Assembly: GCA_026387235.1 (NCBI GenBank) | Contig: JAPLMD010000054.1 | Span: 11,437-75,436 of the forward strand | Direction: 5' to 3' | DNA from: Candidatus Omnitrophota bacterium | Lineage (GTDB): Bacteria; Omnitrophota; Gorgyraeia; Gorgyraeales; Gorgyraeaceae | DNA: 64,000 nucleotides | In this document: positions 1-9,020 of the stretch, in pieces | How positions within the stretch are numbered: position 1 is the first letter of the stretch | Layout of the letters: every line of letters starts with the position of its first letter | Position numbers and translations under genes: made by a program | Notes under the pieces: generated by a model | Database searches by the model: none | What the model was told of the DNA's origin: nothing | Seen by the model: the letters and a program-made list of their open reading frames with translations, nothing else

Positions 1-422
1 AGCAATTTATACTCATCTTCGGTCATGACATTATAGATATCGCCTTCCTTTGCATAAGCGAGTTCGTTTGAGCGCAACATTATATCAAATATGTCTTTTA
101 CAGGCACATTTTGGACCATAAGGGTGATCCTGCCCGTAACGTTCTTTGTTACAACTACATTTAAGCCTGCCTTCATAGCCAAAAACTTGAGCGCGTCTAC
201 AACGTCTATATTGCGAAGGTCCAGAGAAACGCTGCTCCGCGCGTCCAAAGGCTCAGAGGATGGCAGAGGCTGGCCTACAATCGCCTGGACTAATTGAGTG
301 TTAGATTGAGTGTTAGCGTCCTCTGCCCAACTGATATTAGCCGGGCATAAGATAAAACAAGCAGCTAATAACGCATATAGAGTCCGACGGAACTGAAGCC
401 CATGGCTTCTAAAATATATCAT
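1..422 (-). CDS. Secretin (GspD/PilQ family), N-terminal ~140 aa; the gene continues past the window start
   Basis: Minus-strand frame reads MIYFRSHGLQFRRTLYALLAACFILCPANISWA (signal peptide), then VSLDLRNIDVVDALKFLAMKAGLNVVVTKNVTGRITLMVQNVPVKDIFDIMLRSNELAYAKEGDIYNV, which is a typical secretin N-terminal (STN/N0-like) domain. The ATG at 420-422 overlaps the TGA of the upstream gene as ATGA. This ORF is not in the supplied track because it runs off the window. Confidence 0.55.
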   Translation of the reverse strand, partial: MIYFRSHGLQFRRTLYALLAACFILCPANISWAEDANTQSNTQLVQAIVGQPLPSSEPLDARSSVSLDLRNIDVVDALKFLAMKAGLNVVVTKNVTGRITLMVQNVPVKDIFDIMLRSNELAYAKEGDIYNVMTEDEYKL

Positions 423-1111
423 CGCAATTCTACTTCTTCTCCTCTGTAGCTTAAAATAACCTTGTCTTTTAATATCGCTTCTACCCTTATATCTGTTCCC
501 AGGGTTTGCCCTCTCTTTACAAAAAACGTCCTCAACGCGCTTGTGTCTTCAACCATTGCGTCAGGATCGCTGGACCAGGAAATACCAACTAATCTTAAAT
601 GCCTGGTTGCCTCAGTCGCGTTTAAAGAGGCGTCTTTCATAACTGCCTTTGCGCTGCCATCTATATTTTTTGCGCCTATCTTAAATATGTTTCTTTGCCT
701 CACTTTTTCTAAGTAGAAGGATTCTGCTTTTTTTAAAAAAGACGTCTTTCCCGCGCCCTCTTCGGATTGGCTTTCTAAATCAGGGATCTTAAATTTAGAA
801 TCCCATGGGTTTTTCATGTCAACCATCGATGCAGAAAAACTGAATAAAAAATAAAACGCTAAGATAAATATAGAAAGAAACAGGATATTATTTATAGTTT
901 TTACGTCTAATTTTCGGAAATCCCTGTAATCAAAACTTCCTCTCAGTTTATTCTTAAAAAAATAAATCCTGCTTAGCCAGGCGCTAAATGAAAACAGGCT
1001 ATTCCTTCGGTATCTGACAGCGCGGCCGCCAACGCCTGCGCTCTCTTTCTTCGGATCCTCTATTAACCTTAATAACTGTTTTTCTGGAGTAACAGATCTT
1101 TCCTGTGCCAT
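419..1111 (-). CDS. Bitopic membrane protein, possible GspB/ExeB-like partner of the ExeA-type ATPase
   Basis: 230 aa with one central TM segment (INNILFLSIFILAFYFLFSF). It overlaps the start of the ATPase gene upstream and its stop overlaps the secretin start (ATGA). The assignment rests on gene context only. Confidence 0.35.
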   Translation of the reverse strand: MAQERSVTPEKQLLRLIEDPKKESAGVGGRAVRYRRNSLFSFSAWLSRIYFFKNKLRGSFDYRDFRKLDVKTINNILFLSIFILAFYFLFSFSASMVDMKNPWDSKFKIPDLESQSEEGAGKTSFLKKAESFYLEKVRQRNIFKIGAKNIDGSAKAVMKDASLNATEATRHLRLVGISWSSDPDAMVEDTSALRTFFVKRGQTLGTDIRVEAILKDKVILSYRGEEVELR

Positions 1112-1938
1112 CCTGATTTTATCTCTTCCCCTATTATTTCCTTGATCAACTCTCCGTTTATTACAAATTTATTCTTAAGGATCAGGCATTTCAATGCCTT
1201 GTGGCATATCATGATTATCTTTCTCGGATATCCCCGGCTATATTGATAAATCTCTTCTATTGCATCCTCCGAGAATAACTGCATGTTTGCCTTGTAGCCT
1301 GCCTGCCGTATCCGGAATTCTATCATCTCTTTTGTCTCATTAAAGCCAAACGGGTTGAGGGTGTATTTAAAACTAACTCTATCAAGAAAATTCGGAATGT
1401 TCACTATCTTGGAATGCAGTTCCATCTGCCCTAAAAGAACCAGCTGCAGAAGCTTAAATTTATTCGTTTCGTAATTTAAAAGCACTCTCAATATCTCCAG
1501 AGAAGCCTCGTTTAATTTTTGCGCCTCGTCAATTATAAGAGTTACTGTTTTATTTTCTGTAACTCCTTTCTGGAAAAGGAACTTCTCTAATGCCTCTCTC
1601 ATATCCAATATTGCATGAGAGGCATTGCTATCTATGTTAATATCAAAGTTTCTTATTAATGAGGTAATGAAGAGCTGCTCGTTATTAAAAGAAGGGTCTA
1701 AGATTATGTGAAAGATAAAATCATCTCTTTCTTTCAACTCCTGTATAAGCTTGCGGGAAAGAGTAGTTTTGCCTGTCCCGATATCCCCCAATGTAACACA
1801 AAGCCCTCTTTTTAGCCTGAGTTCTATGAGAATATTGGTAAGAGCTGCCTCATGTTCTTTAGACAGATAAAAAAATTCAGGGTCAGGGCTCGTAGAAAAT
1901 GGTTCTTTGTCAAATCCTAAAACCTTAAAGTAACTCAT
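1069..1938 (-). CDS. ExeA/GspA (MshM)-like AAA+ ATPase of type II secretion / type IV pilus systems
   Basis: Walker A GDIGTGKTTLSRKL and Walker B LIIDEAQ. Length and order match ExeA-family ATPases, and it lies directly upstream of a secretin. Confidence 0.65.
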   Translation of the reverse strand: MSYFKVLGFDKEPFSTSPDPEFFYLSKEHEAALTNILIELRLKRGLCVTLGDIGTGKTTLSRKLIQELKERDDFIFHIILDPSFNNEQLFITSLIRNFDINIDSNASHAILDMREALEKFLFQKGVTENKTVTLIIDEAQKLNEASLEILRVLLNYETNKFKLLQLVLLGQMELHSKIVNIPNFLDRVSFKYTLNPFGFNETKEMIEFRIRQAGYKANMQLFSEDAIEEIYQYSRGYPRKIIMICHKALKCLILKNKFVINGELIKEIIGEEIKSGWHRKDLLLQKNSY

Positions 1939-2088
1939 ATTCTCCTAAGGCCTAAAAAAACCTCTTTTACACTTATATTCTAAGTATATATACGCTATTT
2001 ACAATAATGTATATCATATAAACCATTTTTTGTCAAGCCAAAACCCCTTATTTGAGTATAAGTTGAGAAAAATTAGGCTGGATTTTTG

Positions 2089-4419
2089 TTAATTGGATGA
2101 AATTTCCACTCTATCAAGTTCTTGTATGACATTAAAATCGCTGTCAGCCAAAGGCTTTGTTACTATAAAGCTGTCAAAAACCTTGGTTGTCTTTAATGCG
2201 GATATCTTTATGTTGTCTCTATATACGTCGAATATCTGGCCTTCTACGATACCATTGGCTTTGCTGAAATCGAGCCAGACATCCCTACTGGCTGCATCTT
2301 TGCCTATTACAGCTCCTGAGGTTTTCTCAACCATTAATTCTGAAGCAATTTTTAGACTGCCGACTTCCGGCGCAGGAATATCTGCGCTGGAAATATTTTT
2401 ATTTTCAGATTCACCAACCTCTTTTTTAACCGCTCTTGGCCCTTCTTCCGCCTGGCCTGAGCGTTTTGTTTCTCTTTGCAATCCTCTCGCTGCTGCTTTT
2501 TTATCCAACTCTAGATCTTGACTATATTCTGTCTCTTCTAATTTTACCTCTGCAGTTTTCAATGCGAGCGCTTTTTTTAACTGAAGCTTAAGCGCGTTAT
2601 TAACGTCTTCTAATGTTCTCTTCTCAAAATCAAATGAATTCGTTTTTAACGCATATTCTGCCTTAAGATTTTCCAATATATTAATTCGTGATTCCAAAAA
2701 TGACTTTTCCTTTTCTACTGCAGCTATCTCTTCGTAAAGCCGCATCTCTGTTTTTTTCTTTTCTTTATTCAAAAGTTCATATTCTTCCTTAAGTTTAGAA
2801 TCTGCGTTTGCAAGCGCAGAAATCTCTAACCTTAACTTTGCTTCAGATTCTTCTTTTGATTTCTCAGCAATAGCATGTTGGTCGCTAAACAAGGCTATTT
2901 TTTTATTTAACTCTGCTATATTGTCGTCTTTGGCCTTGCTTAAATTAGTTATGTCTGAATCAAGTCTAAATTTTAAATCTTCTTTCTCTTTATTCAAAGA
3001 AGATATTTCCGCCTTCAATTGAGATTCGCTGTCTTCTTTGGCCTTTTCCGATTTTTTAAGCTGGTCGCTCAGATAGGATATCTGACTATATAATTTTTGC
3101 TCTCCGTCTTCCTTATATTTGACTAAAGAAGAGATGTACTTTAAGTTTGATTCAGAGTCCTCTTTTTCTGCGCTTAGACTAACAAGTTTGGCGCCAAGAT
3201 CCGCTTTTTCTGTCTCTAATACAGAAATTTGAAGGCTCAATTTAGATTCGTTTTCCTGCTTTTCTGTATTCAAAGAAACAATCTGGCTATTCAAATCGGA
3301 TTTCTCTCTTTCCAAAACAGCTACTTTATTGTTAAGTTCCGATATCAGCTTTTCCTTGCCCTGAATCGCAGTAGCAGTTTCGGATCTTACTCTATTTTCG
3401 TCTTCTTTGCTTAATTTATCCAAAGCCTGCAATTGATTGCTAAGAGTTACTATCTGCGAGTTTAGTTTTAATTCGGAATCGTCTTTTTGTTTTGTCAGAG
3501 CTGCCAATTCCAGCTTTAATTTACCGCTGTTATCTTCGCTCTGCTTGATAAGGTTTGCGAGTTTTTGTTCAAGAGATTCTTTGTCCTTATTTGAAAACGA
3601 GTATTGGCTGCTAAGTGTTTTTATTCTGGAATTTAGCTGCGCTTCCGCGTTTTCTTTATCTTTAGCGAGGCCTGCGATCTGAGCGTTCAGTTTGGAATCT
3701 GAGTCCTGTTTTTCCTTTGCAAGGATGAAGAGTTTTGATTCAAGCTCGTCTTTTTGTTTTGTCAGAGCTGCTAATTCCAGATTTAATTTACCGCTGTTAT
3801 CTTCGTTCTGCTTGACAAGGCTTGCAAGTTCGGAAAGAAGCCTTTGTTCTGTTTCCCTTTGCGTCTGGGCATTTATTTTCTTGATATTCACAAGCTCGCT
3901 GCTCAGGTTGGCGGACAAACTATCTTTTTGCTTGTTTAATTCTATTACTTCCGACAACAATCTCGCATTTTCATTCTGCAAATCGCTCAGTTTGCTGTTT
4001 AATAATTGTTCTCTCTGCGAAGAAGGCGTTTCATGTTCCCCGGATATAAATTTTGATGCGCCAGCGGCTGAAACCACATCTGGAACTATTACCCTGTCTC
4101 CTATTTTTATTGCGAGATTTTTGTCTGTACTAAGAGACCAGGCCTCTGACATTTCAGGCTTTACATCCTTTATGACAAAAGTGGCGAGATATTCGGAACG
4201 CCTGTAAATCTCGACCAAGGCTCCCACTTTTACTTCTTTTTCGCCTAAATCAGTAAAAACAAAACCTGCCTTGTTAGCTGCGTGAAGGACAACGCCTTCC
4301 TTTGAGCCTTTTGCCTGCGCTGGCGGGACTAAACAAGATATGACAAGAAAACAAATTATAGCGAAAACGGCAGCGGTCGTATATGTTTTAACTATTCTGT
4401 TTAAAGGAATATTTAACAC
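2089..4419 (-). CDS. Large secreted or membrane-anchored coiled-coil protein (776 aa) with internal repeats
   Basis: N-terminal hydrophobic signal/anchor (AAVFAIICFLVISCLVPPAQA), a ~100-aa globular region, then ~600 aa of heptad-like K/E/L/S-rich sequence with repeated blocks such as SGKLNLELAALTKQKD. Confidence 0.6.
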   Translation of the reverse strand: MLNIPLNRIVKTYTTAAVFAIICFLVISCLVPPAQAKGSKEGVVLHAANKAGFVFTDLGEKEVKVGALVEIYRRSEYLATFVIKDVKPEMSEAWSLSTDKNLAIKIGDRVIVPDVVSAAGASKFISGEHETPSSQREQLLNSKLSDLQNENARLLSEVIELNKQKDSLSANLSSELVNIKKINAQTQRETEQRLLSELASLVKQNEDNSGKLNLELAALTKQKDELESKLFILAKEKQDSDSKLNAQIAGLAKDKENAEAQLNSRIKTLSSQYSFSNKDKESLEQKLANLIKQSEDNSGKLKLELAALTKQKDDSELKLNSQIVTLSNQLQALDKLSKEDENRVRSETATAIQGKEKLISELNNKVAVLEREKSDLNSQIVSLNTEKQENESKLSLQISVLETEKADLGAKLVSLSAEKEDSESNLKYISSLVKYKEDGEQKLYSQISYLSDQLKKSEKAKEDSESQLKAEISSLNKEKEDLKFRLDSDITNLSKAKDDNIAELNKKIALFSDQHAIAEKSKEESEAKLRLEISALANADSKLKEEYELLNKEKKKTEMRLYEEIAAVEKEKSFLESRINILENLKAEYALKTNSFDFEKRTLEDVNNALKLQLKKALALKTAEVKLEETEYSQDLELDKKAAARGLQRETKRSGQAEEGPRAVKKEVGESENKNISSADIPAPEVGSLKIASELMVEKTSGAVIGKDAASRDVWLDFSKANGIVEGQIFDVYRDNIKISALKTTKVFDSFIVTKPLADSDFNVIQELDRVEISSN
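3479..3831. repeat. Two ~85-bp near-identical direct repeats inside the coiled-coil gene (3479-3563 and 3747-3831)
   Basis: tcgtctttttgttttgtcagagctgcYaattccagMtttaatttaccgctgttatcttcgYtctgcttga occurs twice, ~268 bp apart, and encodes the repeated LELAALTKQKD coiled-coil block. Confidence 0.7.
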
Positions 4420-4434
4420 AAATATTCCTCCTTT

Positions 4435-4827
4435 TTAAGAGCTATGCTTAAGATTTTTATGCACCCTTAATGCGGATTCAAGCAGGGATAACCCTTCTTG
4501 AAAATCTTTACGCTTGCAAAAAATACCGGAGATTCCATATTTCATTGCTTCTGCAGCCCTTGGGTCATCCACATAAGCGCTTATAACTATTATGGGAATA
4601 TTTTTATTAAATCCCCTGATTCTTTTAATCGTTTCTACGCCGTCCATATTTGGCATCCGCAAATCAATCAGGATAATATTTAACTCTTCTTTTTTCACCA
4701 GGTCAATTGCAGCCTCTCCATCCCCTGCGGTTACAACAGAATAACCTTTTGATTCAAGCCAAAACTTCATAAGCTGAAGAAAATCCTGCTCGTCATCTAC
4801 CAACAAAATCTTTTTTTCTTTACCCAT
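4435..4827 (-). CDS. Single-domain response regulator (CheY-like receiver)
   Basis: KILLVDDE ... ILIDLRMPNMDG ... K motifs; 130 aa with no output domain. Confidence 0.8.
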   Translation of the reverse strand: MGKEKKILLVDDEQDFLQLMKFWLESKGYSVVTAGDGEAAIDLVKKEELNIILIDLRMPNMDGVETIKRIRGFNKNIPIIVISAYVDDPRAAEAMKYGISGIFCKRKDFQEGLSLLESALRVHKNLKHSS

Positions 4828-4879
4828 AAACCCTCCGGCATATTTACAAATGTTATTATTACAACATATTACGCGATAG

Positions 4880-6316
4880 TCAAGCTTGAATTGTGTTCAA
4901 GGGCAATGTGAAAATAAACTTTGCGCCCCGGCCTTGTTCGCTTTCCGCCCAAATTCTTCCGCCGTACAATTCTACTATCTCCTTGGCAATAGACAGCCCT
5001 ATGCCCGTCCCGATTATTTCGCTGCGCGCTTTTTTCCCATCTGCCTGATAAAATTTATCAAATACCTTCTTGAGATCATCCTGAACTATGCCGCTGCCCG
5101 TATCCTGGACGCTAATCTTAATCTCCTTGTTCTCCTGATCGAAACCCGCTTCTATAATTATACTGCCATTATTTGGAGTAAATTTAACAGCATTCCCCAC
5201 GAGGTTATTCAAAACCTGGTTTATTCTATTCGGATCTGCATATAAATCTGAAATGGGCTCATGGATATTTTTTTCCATCCTGATAGATTTTGTGCTTGCC
5301 CATGTGCCAAAACTCTTGAGAGATTCGTCAATCATGTTCTCTATTGAAAAAAGTTCACGCCTCAATTCCATTTTGCCTGCTTCTAGCTTGGAAAGGTCTA
5401 AAAGGTCATTGATAAGAAGGCTTAATCTCTTGAGATTGCGCTCAGCTATGCTTAAAAATTGTTCCTGATTTTTGCTGACAGGCCCCGCGGCATTGCTGAG
5501 AATAAGGGTTATGGATTTTTCGATAGCTACGAGAGGTGTCCGCAACTCATGAGAAACGCTGGCTACAAAATTTGATTTCAATTGATCCAATTCTTTTTGC
5601 TTAGTGATATCGCTCAAAACAGAAACCATCCCGACCGTATGACCGTTCTCATTCTCTATGACCGCGCTAGAGGCTCTTAATATCTTTTTGGTTTCGTCAT
5701 GCTGGCTTATGACCTCTATTTCTTTGCCTTCGGAGCCGGGCACATTTTTTATCAAAGATATCAACTGCTCTTCTTTTAAATTCTCCATGATAGGCCTGCC
5801 TATTTTATCATTTTTCGAAACCCCTAAAAGCCTCTCTGCAGCGGGGTTCATCATAATAACCTTGCCTGATGAATCCACAACCAACAGGCCTTCTGCTATG
5901 CTTTTTATTACCGCCTCTGTCTGTTTCTTATTAACCAGCTCCTTTTCATATTTACCCCACGCGACTTCTTCGTTCTGCGTCTTTTCTTTGATAACTGATT
6001 CGTATTTCCTGCTTAATTCTTGCGTATGCAGGCTGATCTTCTTATCTAATTCCTTATTAAATATATCGGAAACAACCTTGGTAACCTGTTCGCAATCCTT
6101 TTCTGAATCAACTATATTCGTCAACTCATCATATATAACACGCTCTAGCGGCTCTTCGACAGAGAGATCTCTATCGAGATATTTTATTCTTTTTTTATTT
6201 TTATCTAATGCTTTTTTTGAATGATCCGACAGGTTGGAGAAATATACCAGCAGAAATGCGATTATTATACTTAAGGTAGCTGTTACTACGTATACGGATA
6301 CAAGGTAAGAAGACAT
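4880..6316 (-). CDS. Sensor histidine kinase (TM, PAS, HisKA, HATPase_c)
   Basis: N-terminal TM helix, PAS-like region, H-box SHELRTPL, N/G boxes (VGNAVKFT, GTGIGLSIAKEIVELYGG). Confidence 0.8.
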   Translation of the reverse strand: MSSYLVSVYVVTATLSIIIAFLLVYFSNLSDHSKKALDKNKKRIKYLDRDLSVEEPLERVIYDELTNIVDSEKDCEQVTKVVSDIFNKELDKKISLHTQELSRKYESVIKEKTQNEEVAWGKYEKELVNKKQTEAVIKSIAEGLLVVDSSGKVIMMNPAAERLLGVSKNDKIGRPIMENLKEEQLISLIKNVPGSEGKEIEVISQHDETKKILRASSAVIENENGHTVGMVSVLSDITKQKELDQLKSNFVASVSHELRTPLVAIEKSITLILSNAAGPVSKNQEQFLSIAERNLKRLSLLINDLLDLSKLEAGKMELRRELFSIENMIDESLKSFGTWASTKSIRMEKNIHEPISDLYADPNRINQVLNNLVGNAVKFTPNNGSIIIEAGFDQENKEIKISVQDTGSGIVQDDLKKVFDKFYQADGKKARSEIIGTGIGLSIAKEIVELYGGRIWAESEQGRGAKFIFTLPLNTIQA

Positions 6317-6429
6317 TTTATATATATCCCCTAAAAGTGAAAATATATTTGAATAATACCATAATAACTATGTTTATACAAGAGCTTGCTGAGACTGAAA
6401 AAACAATATTCTATTCTTTTAAATCTTTA

Positions 6430-6663
6430 TTACATATTGGCTGATGCTTCCTGGGCCAGAGGCAAGATTGCCTGGACTTCGTCTTTGGTCATTCTCCCGA
6501 GCTTTGCAAACCTGAACGCGCCTTCCTGGTCCCTGTTTTCCCTCACTATCTGTAATTTCTTAGGGCCGTTATTGTAGGAATGGACGCTCACGGTGATTTT
6601 CCCATCATCATTTTCATAAGATTTAGCAAATACTTCCTTATCAAGACTTGCATCGTACGGCAT
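6430..6663 (-). CDS. Small hypothetical protein (77 aa)
   Basis: ORF with RBS gaggagg 6 nt upstream, preceded by the conserved two-hairpin leader element. Confidence 0.4.
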   Translation of the reverse strand: MPYDASLDKEVFAKSYENDDGKITVSVHSYNNGPKKLQIVRENRDQEGAFRFAKLGRMTKDEVQAILPLAQEASANM

Positions 6664-6667
6664 GTTT

Positions 6668-6737
6668 CCTCCTCAAATTTGCAAAGCAAATTTGATCCCG
6701 AGCCGCTCTTATACTCCAGTATATGCGGCGAGGGACC
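6668..6737 (-). promoter_or_regulatory. Conserved two-hairpin leader element, copy 1 (directly upstream of the RBS of the 77-aa gene)
   Basis: Minus strand reads GGTCCCTCGCCGC, a ~20-nt AT-rich stretch, GGCTCGGGATC, then CAAATTTGC-ttt-GCAAATTTG, then GAGGAGG and ATG. The first and third blocks are complementary (11 of 13 pairs). The second hairpin is a perfect 9-bp inverted repeat. Confidence 0.6.
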
Positions 6738-6742
6738 TTTTT

Positions 6743-7933
6743 TTACTCTGTTAGACCAGCTACAAAGCCTGACGCCCATGCCCAGGCAAGATTGTACCCG
6801 CCTCGTTCGCCATTTACATTCAGAATCTCGCCTGCGAAATAAACGCCTTTTTTTAATTTTGATTCGAGAGTAAGTTCCTTGACCTCTCCTGTATCTATCC
6901 CGCCTGCCGTAAACTCTGCTTCGTTCCAACCTCTTGTTCCTATTATATCAAATCTTTTGTCTTTTAGCATCTTTACTATTTTTTCAATATTTGCCCCCCT
7001 GAATAAATCCCTGAAAATAAGGCTGAATTTATTGGGCAATATCCCTATCATTAAATTTTCTGCTGCGAAACCTTTTTGGATCCTGTTTTCAATCTCTTCT
7101 CTAAGCTTTAGCGCGTCAATAAAAGGCACCATATCGATCGAAACGATTACGCCTTTTTTGCGAAGCCTGTTTATGGCTATCGAAACATCCCCGCTCACGT
7201 CCAATATGGCAGTGCCGGACAATCCGTATTTTGTGAAAAGCAATTCTCCTTTCGCTTCTTTTTTTATTTTACCATCTATTACGCTTCTTGCAATACATTG
7301 TATTTTCTGGCCCTGAAGCAGGTGGCAAAATTTGTCTTTTACCAAAAGCGGGACAGCGTTTGGGACAGGCTCTATGATCTTATGGCCGAACGATCCGGCT
7401 AAAGCATAGCAACTCCCGTCAGAGCCAAGGCTCGGATAAGTCTTTCCGCCTCCTGTTATAATAACCCAATCGCCTGATATAGTTTTGCCGCTCCTGGATT
7501 TTACTATAAATCCTTTGGCTGAACCGGCAATACTATTTACTTCAAAGCCAAACTCTATGGGCATCTTTAAATTTTTAAGCTCTTCTTCTAAAACCTTTAA
7601 AACGCTGGATGACTGGTTTGTAACGGGAAAAAGCCTGTCACCTTGCGAATATAACTTCAGCCCAAGCTTATTAAAAAATTTCTCTATATCATCCCGGCCG
7701 CCGAATTTGGAAAATACACTTTTTACAAGGCCTCTTGCTTCTGGATTATAATGCGTCTCGCTTAAATCTTTATTGGAAATATTGCATCTTGCTGCGCCTG
7801 AAATAAGTATTTTCTTGCCGAGCCGCGGCATCTTTTCGCATATTATAACATCTTTACCGCTGCGCCCGGCGCTGATAGCCGCAGTTATTCCTGCTGCTCC
7901 GCCTCCTATAACCGCAATATCAAATTTTTGCAT
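6743..7933 (-). CDS. HI0933-family FAD flavoprotein (BaiN/aminoacetone oxidase-like NAD(FAD)-utilising dehydrogenase)
   Basis: N-terminal FAD fold DIAVIGGGAAGITAAISA; length and overall pattern match the HI0933 family. Confidence 0.7.
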   Translation of the reverse strand: MQKFDIAVIGGGAAGITAAISAGRSGKDVIICEKMPRLGKKILISGAARCNISNKDLSETHYNPEARGLVKSVFSKFGGRDDIEKFFNKLGLKLYSQGDRLFPVTNQSSSVLKVLEEELKNLKMPIEFGFEVNSIAGSAKGFIVKSRSGKTISGDWVIITGGGKTYPSLGSDGSCYALAGSFGHKIIEPVPNAVPLLVKDKFCHLLQGQKIQCIARSVIDGKIKKEAKGELLFTKYGLSGTAILDVSGDVSIAINRLRKKGVIVSIDMVPFIDALKLREEIENRIQKGFAAENLMIGILPNKFSLIFRDLFRGANIEKIVKMLKDKRFDIIGTRGWNEAEFTAGGIDTGEVKELTLESKLKKGVYFAGEILNVNGERGGYNLAWAWASGFVAGLTE

Positions 7934-7943
7934 TTATACATTC

Positions 7944-8006
7944 GCCCCGATAAATCGGGGCTCAGTATTCCGCCCAAGAAACCCTGGGCTTAAGCCCAGG
8001 CGGGCT
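7944..8006. repeat. Two stem-loops plus REP-like repeat copy A (GGCTCAGTATTCCGCCCAAGAAACCCTGGGCTTAAGCCCAGG)
   Basis: gccccgat-aaa-atcggggc (8-bp stem) and cctgggc-ttaa-gcccagg. The same ~50-nt sequence family recurs at 36965-37016 (reverse orientation) and 46661-46700. Confidence 0.6.
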
Positions 8007-9020
8007 TCATTTTCTTATTTTTTTCCTGATATCGTGCTCGTCCTCTATCTCGCCCACTATTTCCTCAAGCAGGTCCTCCATGGTCACCAGGCCCTGAATC
8101 TTGCCATACGAATCAATTATAATGGCCAGGTGAGTGTGGCCTTTCTGGAATTCCTTTAACAGCTCTGCTACATTTTTGGAATCAGGGACAAAGATAGGAG
8201 GATATATTATATCCTGCAGGATCACAAGGTCTCTATTGACCGAAAGATTCAATAAATCCTTCATATTTATAACGCCAATTATATTGTCCGGGTTGTCTTT
8301 ATAAACAGGCAACCTGGAATAGCCTGACTCAAGGACCTTATCCAGTATATCCTCTATATTCGCGCATATATCAATCAAAATCATCCTGTCTTTGGGTATC
8401 ATTACAGTCTTTACAACAGTATCGCTGAATTCAAATACCTTTGTAAGCATTTTGTATTTATCTTTATGCTTCGGACTTTCTTCTTCGCCTATCCTGATGA
8501 GCGCCTTTATCTCGTCTTCCACTACAAGAGACGGCTTGCCTTTTGTACCGCCTCCCAGAAGATTCACTACGAAATTAGTTATAGTCGACAAAATCCTGAC
8601 AACAGGGGATAAAATAATTATAAGATATTTCACTGTCATGGAAAGATATAATGCAATCCTTACAGGTTTTTTCGCAGATAACGTTTTAGCAGCTACTTCA
8701 AAAATTATTATGAGAAAAGAGGCTACGATCGTAGCAAGCAATATGCTTCTGGAATTGCTTCCGCTGAAAGAAACTATCATAACCGTAACTATGGATGCTA
8801 TAAGAGCGTCCACGATATTATTCGCTACAAGAATGGTTCCGAAAAATCTTTCAGGTGTCTCTAGAATTTTTAGTATTATCTTTGCTGGTTTAGACCCGTC
8901 AGCAGCAAGGCGCCTTAATTTTATGATGCTCGCCGCTATAATGGCTGTTTCTGACGCAGCTGTCAAAGCGCCTATCAAAAGTAAAATTACCAGCAATAAA
9001 AGCTCTATGATTATTTTCAT
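8007..9020 (-). CDS. CNNM/DUF21 membrane domain plus CBS-pair protein (HlyC/CorC-family transporter lacking the C-terminal CorC_HlyC domain)
   Basis: Four N-terminal TM helices (DUF21), then a CBS pair (MIPKDRMILIDICANIEDIL... GVINMKDLL). Confidence 0.65.
   Translation of the reverse strand: MKIIIELLLLVILLLIGALTAASETAIIAASIIKLRRLAADGSKPAKIILKILETPERFFGTILVANNIVDALIASIVTVMIVSFSGSNSRSILLATIVASFLIIIFEVAAKTLSAKKPVRIALYLSMTVKYLIIILSPVVRILSTITNFVVNLLGGGTKGKPSLVVEDEIKALIRIGEEESPKHKDKYKMLTKVFEFSDTVVKTVMIPKDRMILIDICANIEDILDKVLESGYSRLPVYKDNPDNIIGVINMKDLLNLSVNRDLVILQDIIYPPIFVPDSKNVAELLKEFQKGHTHLAIIIDSYGKIQGLVTMEDLLEEIVGEIEDEHDIRKKIRK

Noticed and set aside
91-297. 68-aa plus-strand ORF at the window start
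   Set aside because: It lies antisense inside the secretin N-terminal coding region, which has a strong protein signature, and has no RBS.
2093-4207. Several plus-strand ORFs (2093-2521, 3229-3414, 3437-3682, 3692-4207) inside the coiled-coil gene
   Set aside because: They are antisense reading frames that stay open because of the repetitive, low-complexity K/E/L-codon sequence. The minus-strand frame is continuous for 776 aa with signal peptide and heptads.
7944-8006. Simple bidirectional terminator explanation for the hairpins between the flavoprotein and CBS-domain genes
   Set aside because: Partly accepted, since they probably do terminate the upstream gene. But the same 50-nt sequence recurs twice elsewhere, including inside a CDS, so I treat it mainly as a repeat family.
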